Part shown: positions 38,172 to 50,210 of the stretch, piece after piece
Layout: every line of letters begins with the position of its first letter
How positions within the stretch are numbered: the first letter of the stretch is position 1
The notes under the pieces: generated by a model
Told to the model about the DNA's origin: nothing
The model's database searches: none
The model's input: only the letters and a program-made list of their open reading frames with translations
From: Marsupella aquatica
Taxonomy: Eukaryota; Plantae; Marchantiophyta
Assembly (NCBI GenBank): GCA_973895155.1
Contig: OZ316896.1
Location: 18,836,754-18,900,753 of the forward strand
Length of the DNA: 64,000 nucleotides
Reading direction: 5' to 3'
Position numbers and translations under genes: made by a program

Positions 38172-38281
38172 ACAATTAACCTAAAAAGAAACTCTATTTG
38201 TATGCATACTTGAGTTATCCAATGCATTTATAAAAATTTAAAACAGCAACTTAAGAGTTAAAATTTTGAATAGCAACTTAA

Positions 38282-38608
38282 GGGCCAGGTTCCATGGGCC
38301 AGGGGTAGGGAGTACGGTCACTCTCTCTGACATTAACTAGGGCTCAAATACATCGTATGCCAAGGTGTATACAGTATTTTAAAAGTATAAATTTTGACTC
38401 GGGAGCCAATGAGAATGCCCTGTACTGTTCTTATACAGGGGCAGGGGGTACCCCTGAAGTTTAAGAGGGAGTGTGAGGGAAAATCATATTCCTTGATACA
38501 GTATTTGTATACCCCTCAGTCCCTGGACAAGCTGCAATTTTATTGGCTTAAAAATTCTGAGAGCATCCGTACTCCTTACTCCCAGCCCCACCCCACGGAA
38601 CCTAGCCC
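38282..38608. mobile_element. PIF/Harbinger (Tourist-like) MITE, 327 bp
   Basis: TIRs GGGCCAGGTTCCATGGG... and ...CCCACGGAACCTAGCCC, with sub-terminal GGAGTACGG/CCGTACTCC. TAA TSD at 38279-38281 and 38609-38611. It splits one unit of a 27-bp tandem repeat. Confidence 0.88.
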
Positions 38609-38662
38609 TAAGAGTTAAAAACTTGAATAGCTACTTAAGAGTTAAAAATTTGAATAGCAACA

Positions 38663-39012
38663 AACTTAAACAGCAGCTCAAACTACGTGCACACTTAAAT
38701 TCTCCATTGCACAATACCGGTAAGCCCAAACAGCAATTCAAACTTTCTGTACTGAAATTCTCGGTCGCATGATACCAACAAACCGAAACAGCAAATCCAA
38801 CTTTCTGCACACTTAAGTTCTCCAGAGCATGATACCAACAAACCTAAACAGCAAATCCAACTCTGCACACTTAAATTCTCCAGAGAATGATACCAACAAA
38901 CCTAAACAGCAATTCAAACTTTCTGCACACTTTACTTCTCCATCGCATGATAGTAACACACGTAAACAGCAATTCAAACTTTCTGAACACTGAAATTCTC
39001 TATTGCATAATA
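38663..39012. repeat. ~60-bp minisatellite, ~6 copies
   Basis: Unit AAACAGCAATTCAAACTTTCTGCACACTTAAATTCTCCAGAGCATGATACCAACAAACCT, with small indels. Confidence 0.9.
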
Positions 39013-40076
39013 CTGCTGTTCCATTGAAATTTCGGACTTTGTTACGATCATCTGAGCCTAACAGTAATAAAAGACAGTGCAGATTGCTATGGTGCTGCTA
39101 GAGCTCCTACACATGTAACAACAGCTTCAAAATTGTCCAGGGAAAAACAATAGAAATTCTGTTGTGCTCTCACTCCTCCAGAAATGTGACAATGGGTTTC
39201 TGGGACTCGAAACTTGTATGAACCTGACAAACATAAAGAAACATTACAATTTGCTATCCTGTTTCTAGAATTTCTCCCGCAAATGTAATAGAGGGATTAC
39301 TGGAATGGAGTTCTTGGAAAAAATGACAGAAATTCTGTCCTGCTTCTATTCCACAAATGTAACACCGGGTTTCTGGGAATGAAAAATTGAGTCCGAACCT
39401 GAAAAAAAAAAACGGCAATTGTGACTCAATCTCTGGCGCTTGAAATCTGTGGTCCGATCTTTGCTCCTTCATGCACGGTGTTGCAACATGCAAATATCTG
39501 TGAGTTTCTTATCTCAAGTCTGTTTTATCTTATGAGAACTCCTTTGTTGGTTTATTCTTGCATCAACAGAGCAAAGGAAATCGCCCCTATTGTTTTGTCC
39601 TACGCTTGCTCAATATTGTTTAGGTGAAATGTCCTTCTTCAAGGATATCAATTGAAGATGCTTTTGTCATCAGTGAACCCTGCTTCGCAACAAGCAGTCC
39701 ATAGCCCTGAAGCCTTGAAGCAAGAGTTCGCTCTCACCCAGCAGACACGCTTGTTGTTATCAACAATGCTCTTTCTAACGATACCTATGGGATTGCTCTG
39801 GATTCCTTGCTTGCTTTCCACTTCCTCTAATCCCATAGATTAGGAGTGGAGTCCGAGAGTCCTGCCAAATCATAACATTGGATGGGAAAATCTACATCTT
39901 GGGAGGATCGGAGAATCTTACCACTCAACTTGGGAATAAGGACGTCTACTTGTTAGAAGTGGCTGGACAGAGGCAGTGGAAGAAGTGTGCAAGCATGCAA
40001 GCGCCTAGATTGAAGTTTTGGGAGTCCCAAAGATCATAGAAGCAGCCCTGAAGTTAATTAATCTGACTGAACCAAC

Positions 40077-40182
40077 TGGCTTTGGTCAGTTGACCAGGTG
40101 GCTGGGGATTAGCCTAGAACCAAGAGGTCATGGTTTTAATCCCTCCTCCAGATGCAGTAGTAAGTGTGGAGGGTAAGTGTGT

Positions 40183-40213
<31 letters not shown>

Positions 40214-40230
40214 GGGGTGTAGTGGTGGGA
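40077..40230 (+). mobile_element. Degenerate tRNA-derived SINE head followed by (GT)n and poly-G
   Basis: A-box-like TGGTCAGTTG, then AGAGGTC and B-box-like GGTTTTAATCCC. It sits where the kelch reading frame stops. Confidence 0.35.
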
Positions 40231-40489
40231 GTACCGGTGTCTTCTTGGCCCCTGGCAAGTCCACTTTGAGGCCCTGGTTAGATCCCTGGGAAAGATGTAC
40301 TTCCTTGTGGCTACCCCACATGTACCTAACTGCCCACCAAAGGCGTATGATTGCTCTGTTTGGGGCCCTGGTTGAACCCTCTCCCCACCCACTCCCTTGT
40401 GGCTACCCCTACAATGTAGCTACCTTACAGAGCAGGCGCATGCTTGCTGTGGGGTCCTGCTTGAACCCTCTCCCTCCTGATCTGGGTCC

Positions 40490-40850
40490 TTGTTGGATCC
40501 TGGGTATGACTCCCTTGGGTATGACTCCCTTGTGGTTACCCTGTAGAGGCTCCCTGTAGAGGCTCATGCTCCTGATAGATATAGTCTATCTTTTGTTGGA
40601 TGGGTCTGATCCCTGGGTATGTCTCCCTTGTGGCTACACTATAGAGGTGCATGCTCTTGAATAGATTGCTGATCCTTACTGTTGGATGGGTAGGATCCCT
40701 CCGTATGACTCCCTTGTGGCTTCCCTATAGAGGCCATGCATGCTCGGGAATAGATTGTTTATCCTCTGTTGGATAGGTCTGATCCGTGGGTATGATTCCC
40801 TTGAATGTAGCTATCATGATTCCCTGGAATGTAGCTATCAGTTGTTTATG
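40490..40850. repeat. Degenerate ~85-bp tandem repeat, ~4 copies
   Basis: Recurrent GGGTATGACTCCCTTGTGG.TACCCT.TAGAGG...ATAGAT...TGTTGGATGGGTCTGATCC. Confidence 0.75.
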
Positions 40851-42755
40851 CTCTATTGGATTGGATGGGTATGCTTTGAATTTCAAGGAGAAAAAAAGAA
40901 AAAGAAAAAGAAATGAATTTGAAAAGCTAGGCCCGAAATATGATCCAACTACCTACTTTACATTGCTCGTGAACAAAGCCCGGTACACATCCAAGCAAGA
41001 CCACTCAGGGTGCAATGACGAACGAGCGCCCGAAAGAGCGACGTGGGAAACGATGTGTACAGTACAGTGGACGTTGCTACGTTTGCCTCAGCTGACCAAA
41101 GAGAAATTGAGCTCGGATTTGAGTAACATCGCTGTAACAAGATTCTGAAATCTCTTGCTCAGTCACGTATTCACATTGTGTCGTGGATCAGTGCGAGATT
41201 TTCCAGTGAGGTACTAGTCGCTTGTTGGCGCACTATCTATAAGTTATAAATTTCAATGGCCAGGTTTTCATCGTGCTTGCAGCGCAGATACGGTGTTCGA
41301 TTCGACCATCCAATCTCGAGAGAGAATCAAGTCCAGCATCAGTTCAACTTTGGAGCAGGTCAGTTGATGGCACAGGTTTCAGATTCCAGCCAAGTTCATC
41401 CACGATTGACTCAAATTGAAGTCTAACTAGGAAAATGTGATATAAATCAAATAAGCGTACTCAACAGTTCATGATTCAATATTCAAATCAAACCAACTCA
41501 ACAGATTCAAATTAGATGTAGAATTTGCAAGACCCTTCGTAAAACTCTTAAACTGCACGAGTCTGAGTCTAATTTTTTGGATTGTCTTGACGTGCTTTAT
41601 GTGGCCAAAAGTACTCAACACAATAATGATATCAGAAAATGAAAACAATGCGAGATGTATTTGACCATAACCACTCAACTCAATCAGATCAGAAAGAAAC
41701 AGCTCAGTAGATGCCTTGGTACTGGTGCCTAGATCCCTGATAAGTGCACGCATCCAGCACAACTTTGGCAACCGTTAGTCACGATCGAGTAAATTATCGG
41801 ACCATGATTCGAACGTAACCAAGGCTTGTCCGATTGAGCGGTCAGCAGAGTCAGGAAGTGCTTAATTAGTATGTTGTCCATTCTATCTCTCTTTCTCTAT
41901 GTTAAAGTGTCAGATTATTGATTACATCCCGGATTCATTGTGTATTTGATTCTTGATTCGATACAGCGAAATGAAGCTTAGATCAACTTGACCTCTATAC
42001 TCTGCCAAATGTAGTTATAGCTCTTAATTGCATTAGTAGTCTAGACGTTGAGACTGAGCCTTGTATTGTAGGAAGACACAACACAAAACGAAGTTTAAGC
42101 TCTATTGAAACGCTTCAAGAATCCCAATGAACACAAAGGTACAGTTTCTGATCTCTGACTAGTATGGGAAGCTAATAATTATTACTGGACTCAAGAAAAT
42201 GAGCCAGTAGGGACTATTAATAAACATTGTGTTCCTATCTAAGTATATGTGAGCTTCTTAGTATGCGTAAATTAAGGTTGATGTTCTTGAGAAGAAAAGT
42301 CGGACGGCAACTGGGATTGCCGCCCTCGCTGGCCACATGATTTGATCATAACTGGTACACTCTCCCATGACTCGCGCGCTACTGTATCTAGCTGTGTACT
42401 ATATATAAAATCAACTCGGACACGTGAAGCCATTGACAGGAAAAAACCACCTATGCAGTCCATTATGTGTAATTATCATCTGCCTCTCCAGTTGATCGTC
42501 GTCCAGACTTCTCCGTCATTTCGCTCCAGCGATGCAGCGTCTGATGCGAATTGAAAAGCTCAGGTTTTCCAATCCCAGCAGATTGAAACTATTCCCAGTC
42601 AATCAATCCGAAATGTGAACTCTTATACTCCATGGCCAGGAACGCGCAATTATATTAAACCACTGTCTTGAAATTCCACGCACCCCCCTGCTATGAGTGA
42701 TGATTAGAAAAGCTCGCAGGGGGCAATACTAGGACCCTTTACAGGTCCCTGCATC

Positions 42756-43148
42756 TCACAACGCTTTTGCTGCAAGAACAGCAAATGAGAGCGAGAGCGC
42801 TACTGCTGGAGCCACAAAGGAGGGCAGAACTGAGAAGGCGCTGCTCGGTGCGGGAGCTGGGCCTGCAAGCACTCCCTCTTGCACGGTCGCTCGTAGGTTC
42901 TCGAATTTGATGTGTCCGGACTCATCAAGCGTGTCATCTGTCTCAAAATCCTCTGACGCTCCCTTGGAAGTGGCAGTGTTGACGCTGCTGGCCTTCTCGT
43001 TGATGGTGTTCTTTGGGTTGGCAATCGTCTCTGTCGACGCCTTTGTGGACGCCTCCGTTGACACGGTTCCGTCCCTTGAGGCTTGGCAATATTGTGCCAA
43101 ACAAATGAGTAGCACGAGAAGCGCGACGCTGCCAATACGAGCTCCCAT
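42756..43148 (-). CDS. Secreted, putatively GPI-anchored AG-peptide-like protein, copy 1 (130 aa)
   Basis: Signal peptide MGARIGSVALLVLLICLAQYCQA, a T/S-rich region, the APAP glycomotif AGPAPAPSS and a hydrophobic C-terminal tail. The reading frame is conserved in the paralog. Confidence 0.8.
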   Translation of the reverse strand: MGARIGSVALLVLLICLAQYCQASRDGTVSTEASTKASTETIANPKNTINEKASSVNTATSKGASEDFETDDTLDESGHIKFENLRATVQEGVLAGPAPAPSSAFSVLPSFVAPAVALSLSFAVLAAKAL

Positions 43149-44463
43149 GATGCCCTGTCTATAGTTTAATGGCAGATATCTATCTATGCGCAAGGAGCTC
43201 TTCGACCAGAGCTCGTCGCAATCTCAGGGCTGCAGGCAAAGCAGGAGAATGCGAAGGAGTCCAACGAAGGATGAATGATAATGCGCAAGAGCAAGCGAAG
43301 TCTTCGTTGTAAGTTGCTGGTGTTGTTGCTGAGGTGCGTGGTGAATGCCACAGTTGTCAACTGAAAGAAGGCTCGAAAGAAGGCAAAGATGTCTACTGCA
43401 CGAGTTTTGGCGGGTCTGGGGGTATGTCGTGTAGGGATTGAAGACGCGAAGAGGTGTCTCCTTCTTCACCTCCGACTGACAGTTATAACTGCTGCGCCAT
43501 GTAAAAGGATCGACGGCATCTCCATCCCCAGATTCTTCGCTTCCTTTGACAACTGGTAATTCCCCTCCCTTCATGCGCTTCATCCAACAACTTACTGGTA
43601 ATCCATCTCCCTACCTTCATGGGCTTCACATGACCCGGCAGCTTGTATTTAAGATCTCATACACTGCATCTAGCCACGCACACTAGCCTCAAATCTCCAT
43701 GAATCCTGTCACAAGAGTCCTCTCACAACCTGTACGTAGAAGTTCGTTACCGTCTCCATGCCACCATTTCTGTCTTCACTCATTGCCATCAAACTGCCTC
43801 CCTGCTACCACTGAAGGCTTATAGCCTGAGCGCTCTTGGGTACTACTCATTCGTGTCCAACATTGTGAATTCATTTGTGGCTCAACCTCCTACTTAACAA
43901 ATAACGATTCCGTAGGGCATCCAGGCTCAGTGCGGCATTTGGTTTAATAGACAGCCGGACAGATTTCTGGTCACAAGGGACCGAACTTACACCGTGCCAG
44001 AGAATTACAGTAAGAGAATTCTTTAAATATATCTCTTTGCTAAAACGCGTTTTTCAGTGTGTTGCTGGTCTCCTGATTATTTTGAAAAATCATTTTTAAT
44101 CTTAGCCTTCAACTGTAGTGTTCAGTCAGGGCAGGGATGAGTTTCTTGCGGGGGGCACCTTTATCTTACTGGAGATCCGAAACGATGACATCAAAATGTT
44201 TGAGGGGCTCCTGGCACAACCATTTCTTGCCAGATTCACTTCCATACAGGACATGTATGTCTTACCAGCTTGAGAATTTACAGTTTTGTTTGATTAAGAT
44301 GCTGTGCCTTAGTATCGATAAGCGAGCTCTAAGATTTTTACGGTTCGCATGTCTACAAGTTTAGGACAGATTTCGGCAAACTTCCGATCAGGACTTTCCT
44401 GTAGAATAATCCCACGGACATTTAGCTGTTTATCACGCTCTCAGCAGAGATTACAATCAGATA

Positions 44464-44650
44464 AAGTTGATCATGCAATCGATCGAGACTCCAGCCCATC
44501 CAGCCATATAAATTTGGTCATCCGATCGATAGAGACTCCAGCACGGATTAGTTCGGTTAGACAAACTTGATCATCCAATCGATAGAGACTCCAGCACAGA
44601 TCGATTATAGTCCGACAAATTTGATCATTCATCTAATCGATAGAGATAAG
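44464..44650. repeat. ~52-bp degenerate tandem repeat, 4 copies
   Basis: Core TTGATCATCCAATCGATAGAGACTCCAGC with more variable linkers. Confidence 0.8.
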
Positions 44651-46000
44651 TACAAGTCTGAGCAACCCAACTTGGAGCTGATCGATTGAATATATATATG
44701 TCAGTTTGCGCTATTAAAGGTTTCAAATTCCGAACACGTTATCCACTGTGAACTAAAATTGACGAACTAGGAAAATATGAAGCGTAAAATTCATCAATTC
44801 CCAATCAAATAAGATTCAGAATATTCAAAACTCTTAACCACACATGGGCCGCAGACTGAGTCTTGATAGAACAACAAATCCCTGTCGTGGGATTTTTCGC
44901 CAAAACTGCTCAACACAATGACCCTCGATAAGAAAGAACAGCTAAGTAAGTCGATGTCTGCGCTCTGGTGCGTTCATCCGTGATAAGTGCACGCATCCAG
45001 CAGAAGTTCCGCGACCATCAGTCAGGATCGAATGAGTTACTCGACCATACTTTCATCGTGGTCTAGGCTTTGGTCTCCAATTGAGCGAGCGGCACAGGAA
45101 GTGCTTATATTTCCCTTTCTATCTCTCATCTATTTCTGCAGTGTTAAATTAATTGATGATATCACAGTATTACCGGGATTTTGGATTCGATAAACTGGAT
45201 GAAGCTCAAGCAATATAAATTGACTCGTATGCATTGCATTGCTATGTGTTCGTTGCATTAGTTTAGACATTGAGGCGAGTCCGCAATCCATTGCACGAAG
45301 ACACCACACAAAACGAATTATTAAAAGCTCTATTGAAACTCTTCAAGAATCCCAATGAACACAAAGGTACAGTTTCTGATCCTCTGACTACTATGGCAAG
45401 CTAATAATTATTACTAGATTCAAGAAGTCAATGAATCAGAAGGTACTAATAAACATTGTGTTCCTATCCTCTCATATCTGAGCTTGTATGTTCTTCGGAA
45501 TAAACAGTGAGGCCGAGTTGGACGGCAACTGGGTTGCCGCCCTCGCTAGCCTCATGATTTCATCACAACTAGTACGTGGTTCTAAGACTCGCTACTGTAT
45601 CTACCTATGTACTATATAAAATCGGCTCAAAGTTATGAAGCCATTGACAGAAAAAAACACAAAAACCGCATATGTAGTGCATCATATATAATTATCATCT
45701 GCCTCTCCAATTGATAGTAGTCCACCCTTTTCCGTAATTTCGCTCCAGCGATGCAGCCTCTGACGCGAATTGAAAAGCTCAGTTTGTTCCATCCCCGCAG
45801 ATTGAAGCAGCCCAGCCCAGCCCATTTCTACTAAGTCACTCCCGAATATAAACTCCCTTTCGTAAATTAGGCTCCATGGCCAGAGGAGCACACTTTTGGC
45901 TGACAAATGTCTTTGAAATTTCACACCCCCCCTGCCATGGGTGATGATTACAAAAGCTCGCAGGGGGCAATACTAGGACCGTCTATGAGGTCCCCGCATT

Positions 46001-46393
46001 TCACAAAGCTTTCGCTGCAAGAACAGCAAATGAGAGCGAGAGCGCTACTGCTGGAGCCACAAGGGAGGGCAGAATTGAGAAGGCGCTGCTTGGTGCGGGA
46101 GCTGGGCCTGCAAGCACTCCCTCTTGCACGGTCGCTCGTAGGTTCTCGAATTTGATGTGTCCGGACTCATCAAGCGTGTCATCTGTCTCAAAATCTTCTG
46201 ACGCTCCCTTGGAAGTGGCAGTGTTGACGCTGTTGGCCTTCTCGTTGATCGTGTTCTTTGGGTTGGTAATCGTCTCTGTCGACGCCTTTGTGGACGCCTC
46301 CGTTGACACGGTTCCGTCCCTTGAGGCTTGGCAATATTGTGCCAAACCAATGAGTAGCACGAGAAGCGTGACGCTGCCAATACGAGCTCCCAT
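46001..46393 (-). CDS. Secreted, putatively GPI-anchored AG-peptide-like protein, copy 2 (130 aa)
   Basis: Same length as copy 1 with about 6 amino-acid differences; same signal peptide, APAP motif and hydrophobic tail. Confidence 0.8.
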   Translation of the reverse strand: MGARIGSVTLLVLLIGLAQYCQASRDGTVSTEASTKASTETITNPKNTINEKANSVNTATSKGASEDFETDDTLDESGHIKFENLRATVQEGVLAGPAPAPSSAFSILPSLVAPAVALSLSFAVLAAKAL

Positions 46394-48276
46394 GATGCCC
46401 TTCGTAGAATTTAATGGTATATATCAATCAACGGGCAATGAGCTCTATGAACAGAGCTCGCCGCAAACTCAATGTTGCAGTCAAAAGAGCAGAAAAAGGC
46501 AATACAACAAAGCGAAGGAGGGACGCAAACGAGCAAGTGAGGTATCTTTGCTGCTGGTGCTGATTCTGCTGAGGTGCGTGGGGAATGCCACAGGTATCGA
46601 CTGAATCAAAGGAAATGAGCGCTTCTGCAAAAGTTCGAGCGGGTGCGGGTATGTCATGTAGGGAGTGAAGAAGCGAAGAGGTGTCTCCTTCTTCACCTCC
46701 AGCTGACAGTCAGCCGCAGAGCGGCGCTTCGGCAGTTATTCTCCTGCTCTGCAGTTATAACTGCTACGTCCTGTAATGGGATCGACGCCATCGCCATCCC
46801 AGATTCTTTGGTCAATCCGAGAACTGGTAATTCCCCTCCCTTCATGCGCTTCATCCGACAACTGGTAATCTCCCTCTGCTCATGGGCTTCACGCGACCCG
46901 CCAGCCTGTATTTAAGATCTCATAGGCTGCATCCAGCCACGCACACTAGCCTCGAATCTCCATAAATCCTGGCATTAGAGTCCGCTCACAACCTTTAAAA
47001 GTTATGTTTTACAAGTTCCTTAACATAACTTACAGCTGGGTTTACGTAAACTGTATCGATTCCGTCGGGCACCTGCAGTCGTTTGAAGACCCACCAAGAA
47101 TGAGTGATATAGTCCGTAGGTGGAGGGCAGCACGCCGTAGTTCAAAGCACAAACTGCCCATACCACCTTTAATTCTGCGATTGGAAATCAAGTGATTCAT
47201 TTAGTTTGTCGAAAGATGGTTTGGTTATTGCTGCACTTCCCCGGTCTAGGTGTATTTGTCAAGCTTCTCAGCTACAGTACAGCAGGCTACCGTCTCCGCA
47301 TTTCTCGATCATCGAGGCTTTGGAGCGAAGATTCATGTTACAATGCTGAGGCAAGATTCATGTGATACGTAGTCAATAGAGTCCAAAGGAACTCTAGCGG
47401 CTGGGTCATTTCCGTCAGGTGTACCAGTACAGTTCGTCTATTGGAGTCAGATGCTGTACTCCTTAGGCGATACCTCGTTCAATGCATAGGAAGCACTAGC
47501 AGGGGAGGGGACCATCGATCTGGTTGCGTTAACGGCAACTGACCGAACCATATGCGCAACTGCATAAGAAAAAGAGCATCCGGGTAACAACCATGGATCA
47601 ATGGTGGTTTCGTCTAGCGACAATGTCTAAACCCTAAACTTCGAAGTGCTCACTGAAAATATTACCTTCCAATCCGAAGAGTAAGCCCAATCCTAACATA
47701 AGAAAACAGAACTTGTCGTTGAAGTCCTTCCTCCAGTGGAACGATATTCTCACACAGATTAGTCTAGATTCTTCTCGTCCCTCAGAAGACTCAGGATCCT
47801 AAAAACCTAGTGTCCCGCCGGTGTGAATTCGACATTCGAAATGACGCTTGTCAGATTGAAATAATCACTCTTTGGTGGATTCTAACTTGTTGAAAGGCAA
47901 TCCATTACAGTTGTCTACTCATGTCGAAGTCCCACGAGAGTTGGAACATCTTCGAAGTACGCAACCGTGTCTAGCTTAGTGTGATACTTTCGGGAATGAT
48001 GAACCAGCTGCGATCGAGCAATGGTGATACTCCGCTATCACATGTAAGAAATCGAATCGATTTGGTTTCGAGCGACTTTTCTAGCCAAAACACTTTCTTT
48101 CACCTCTTCGAGATTTGGCGTGAATTGTAGAAGCTCGTCCCGTGAATTTCATCGTCATGGATTGTTGTCAGCGCATTGAGATTTGTGTCATTTCTCGTCG
48201 GAAGCTTTTGAAGCCAAAAATATGTCCTTAGAGAAATACTACTAATACTTAACTCTTCGATGAGTTGTACAGAAAT

Positions 48277-48347
48277 GCGCAGCTAGTGTAGTGGTATCAT
48301 AGTACCCTCCCACGGTACTGACCGGGGTTCGATTCCCCGGCTGCGCA
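48277..48347 (+). tRNA. tRNA-Gly (CCC)
   Basis: Acceptor GCGCAGC/GCTGCGC+A, anticodon arm GTACC-CTCCCAC-GGTAC, T arm CGGGG-TTCGATT-CCCCG. It matches the plant Gly-CCC pattern. Confidence 0.95.
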
Positions 48348-48726
48348 ACGCTAATTGCACATGTGACCAAGGACTTTTGGTTGCTCCAATACCCCACCCC
48401 ACTCACCCTTTTGGCTTCAAATGGTTGAGTGTATGTCTAGCATGCGAGCCAACAGGACATTTTTCCTGCCAAAATTTGGTTTCAAAGATTAAGATTTTGT
48501 CTCAATTTCAATAAAACCCCGATTTGGGACTCCATATAGTACTAGAAATATATTAAAATCCCAAAAGTCAAGCCAATATCAATGGAAATAAACAACCGCG
48601 GTGATGACTCTAGGAATGTTTTTTGCTAGGTAGCAATTATTGGTGTTTGCTGCATCTTACAAACCCTCTGTAGTTCATGCAGTTCATGCAGGCAGTCCTC
48701 TTGGAAAGATGGCCTGCGAGACACGT

Positions 48727-50210
48727 TCATTGCTTACCCTGTGACTTGCTGATCTGGACTGCTTCTGGATACAATTTGGGAACCATGCTTGCTTCGATGA
48801 CCGTTAATGCAAAATTGAGCTCCATCACGCAGTTTGTGATCGAATCTGTATGACCCTTACTTAGTCTACAGTTGATGTGCGGAAAGCTTAAACCTTGAAC
48901 CTCAAATGCCCATTTCCAGACATCATGGTTGAATCCGGGGCGGTGTGGAGCTTGGGATTTATTTTTAACGTCTGAGGCTAAACATTTGGCGTCAAGAGCT
49001 GTTTTGTCAAACCACAGCACACAATATTGTCGATTCACCAATTCTTCAGGTATTTGGACACGACCTCGGATGGCACCATAATGTTCTTTGTTAAGCCCCC
49101 ACATATTCCAAGCTCCTGAAGGTTTCTCGGATCAACTCTCAGAAAGTCAGACATGGCCGCGTCCAATGGCACAGGAAAGAAGTGAATGACCTCATGAAAT
49201 CACCGCATCCATGTGGATCATTTGCTCTTCAAGTGTGCAAAGAGACATCTTTAGAAAATTCCGAAGAGCGATTGACTCCTGCCATGAGCAAAAGCCAACA
49301 AAAATCAACCAAACGAACTTTCCACAGATCCGAAGGCAGACATGTCATTTACTGCTCCAGAGACTTCCTCTCATAGTTCCAGCTCCAATGCATACTTGGG
49401 CTTCCAGCAGTAGGTTTCCTCAACCTGCTGCAGATGGAGCAGCTATGTATGATGCACCTTTTGAGTGCATAAGTAAATCCAGTTGCTGCCAGTAAATGCC
49501 GTGCAGTGGGAGAAGTCATATACGACTACACTCAGACTTGACGAAGGCCAAAGTAACAGAAAGGAATAACGAGGAAGTGTGAGCAAATGTGGGCAACCTT
49601 CATAAGCTTCGTGTTCCTTTGGTTCCATGTTACATGAAAGTAGAGAGTGAATGCGAGACATAAGAACTCGATGTCACGAAACACTTCTTATTACGCTCAT
49701 CACATCCATAGCGCTGACAATTGGATGGACATGGACGACGAATCTCATCGACTCACAGACGTTGGAGGTAGCTAAGCGAAAACATTGGCCAGAGGTGCAC
49801 TTTCAATTGTAGAGTCTGAGCAGGTGTGAACCATACAGAATTGTTCCATAATAGAACCATGAGACTGTTTAGGTTCCAATGTGGAAACAGTAATTGAATT
49901 GGATCATGGAGTACGACATGTCGTTCTGAAGTAAGGAAATGGAACCTACACATAGAACTATTCACAACAGGCAAGATGTAATCGAAGCCAAACAGAGCTA
50001 TTGTGATAGTAGGATGACCTAAACAGGGCTCTTGAATCACAAACTGGGACACACCGTTTGAACCAAACCTCTTACTATGAACTCGACGTCGTTCAGAGAG
50101 GATGGAATCCAAATGCCCTGAATTTTGTCTACTAAGCCGAATGAGGCGCAAAACTACAACGTTAAATGATAAAGAGCTTCATATGTGGAAAATTTCAGGC
50201 CGCTCAAGCC
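48727..50210 (-). pseudogene. Probable decayed F-box gene
   Basis: An N-terminal F-box-like stretch (ERPEIFHI*SSLSFNVVVLRLIRLSRQ) is followed by collinear ORF pieces (49753-50151, 49443-49661, 48727-49104) separated by stops and frameshifts. Confidence 0.4.

Larger units (their letters stand above)
39580..41148 (+). pseudogene. F-box/kelch pseudogene, interrupted by repeats
   Basis: A clear kelch repeat at 39863-40017 (CQIITLDGKIYILGG...VYLLEVAGQRQWKKCASMQAPR) is preceded by LPLIP* and a frameshifted F-box-tail-like LSSVNPA...RVRSH..DTLVVIN. A possible C-terminus lies at 40950-41148. Confidence 0.65.
41290..46995. repeat. Tandem segmental duplication (copies ~41290-43730 and ~44700-46995)
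   Basis: Collinear anchors: AACTAGGAAAAT.TGA (41426/44765), AAGCTCTATTGAAAC.CTTCAAGAATCCCAATGAACACAAAGGTACAG (42097/45325), the duplicated ORF, and GAGTCC.CTCACAACCT (43715/46978). Confidence 0.92.

Noticed and set aside
38663-39012. Cys-rich coding repeat or C/D snoRNA cluster in the 60-bp array
   Set aside because: Units of 58 and 60 bp break the frame, and there is no canonical RTGATGA/CTGA pair with terminal stems.
43224-43583. Conserved uORF MKRMKGGELPV... upstream of the peptide genes
   Set aside because: The paralogous region shifts frame after about 12-18 codons and has an insertion, so the peptide is not conserved.
44395-44650. CRISPR array
   Set aside because: The context is eukaryotic with no cas genes, the repeats are degenerate, and the linkers resemble one another (GAT...GACAAA).
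48348-48470. Dicistronic tRNA-Gly-snoRNA (snoR43-like)
   Set aside because: No C box follows the tRNA, a T4 run occurs within about 30 nt, and the known cases involve Gly-GCC.
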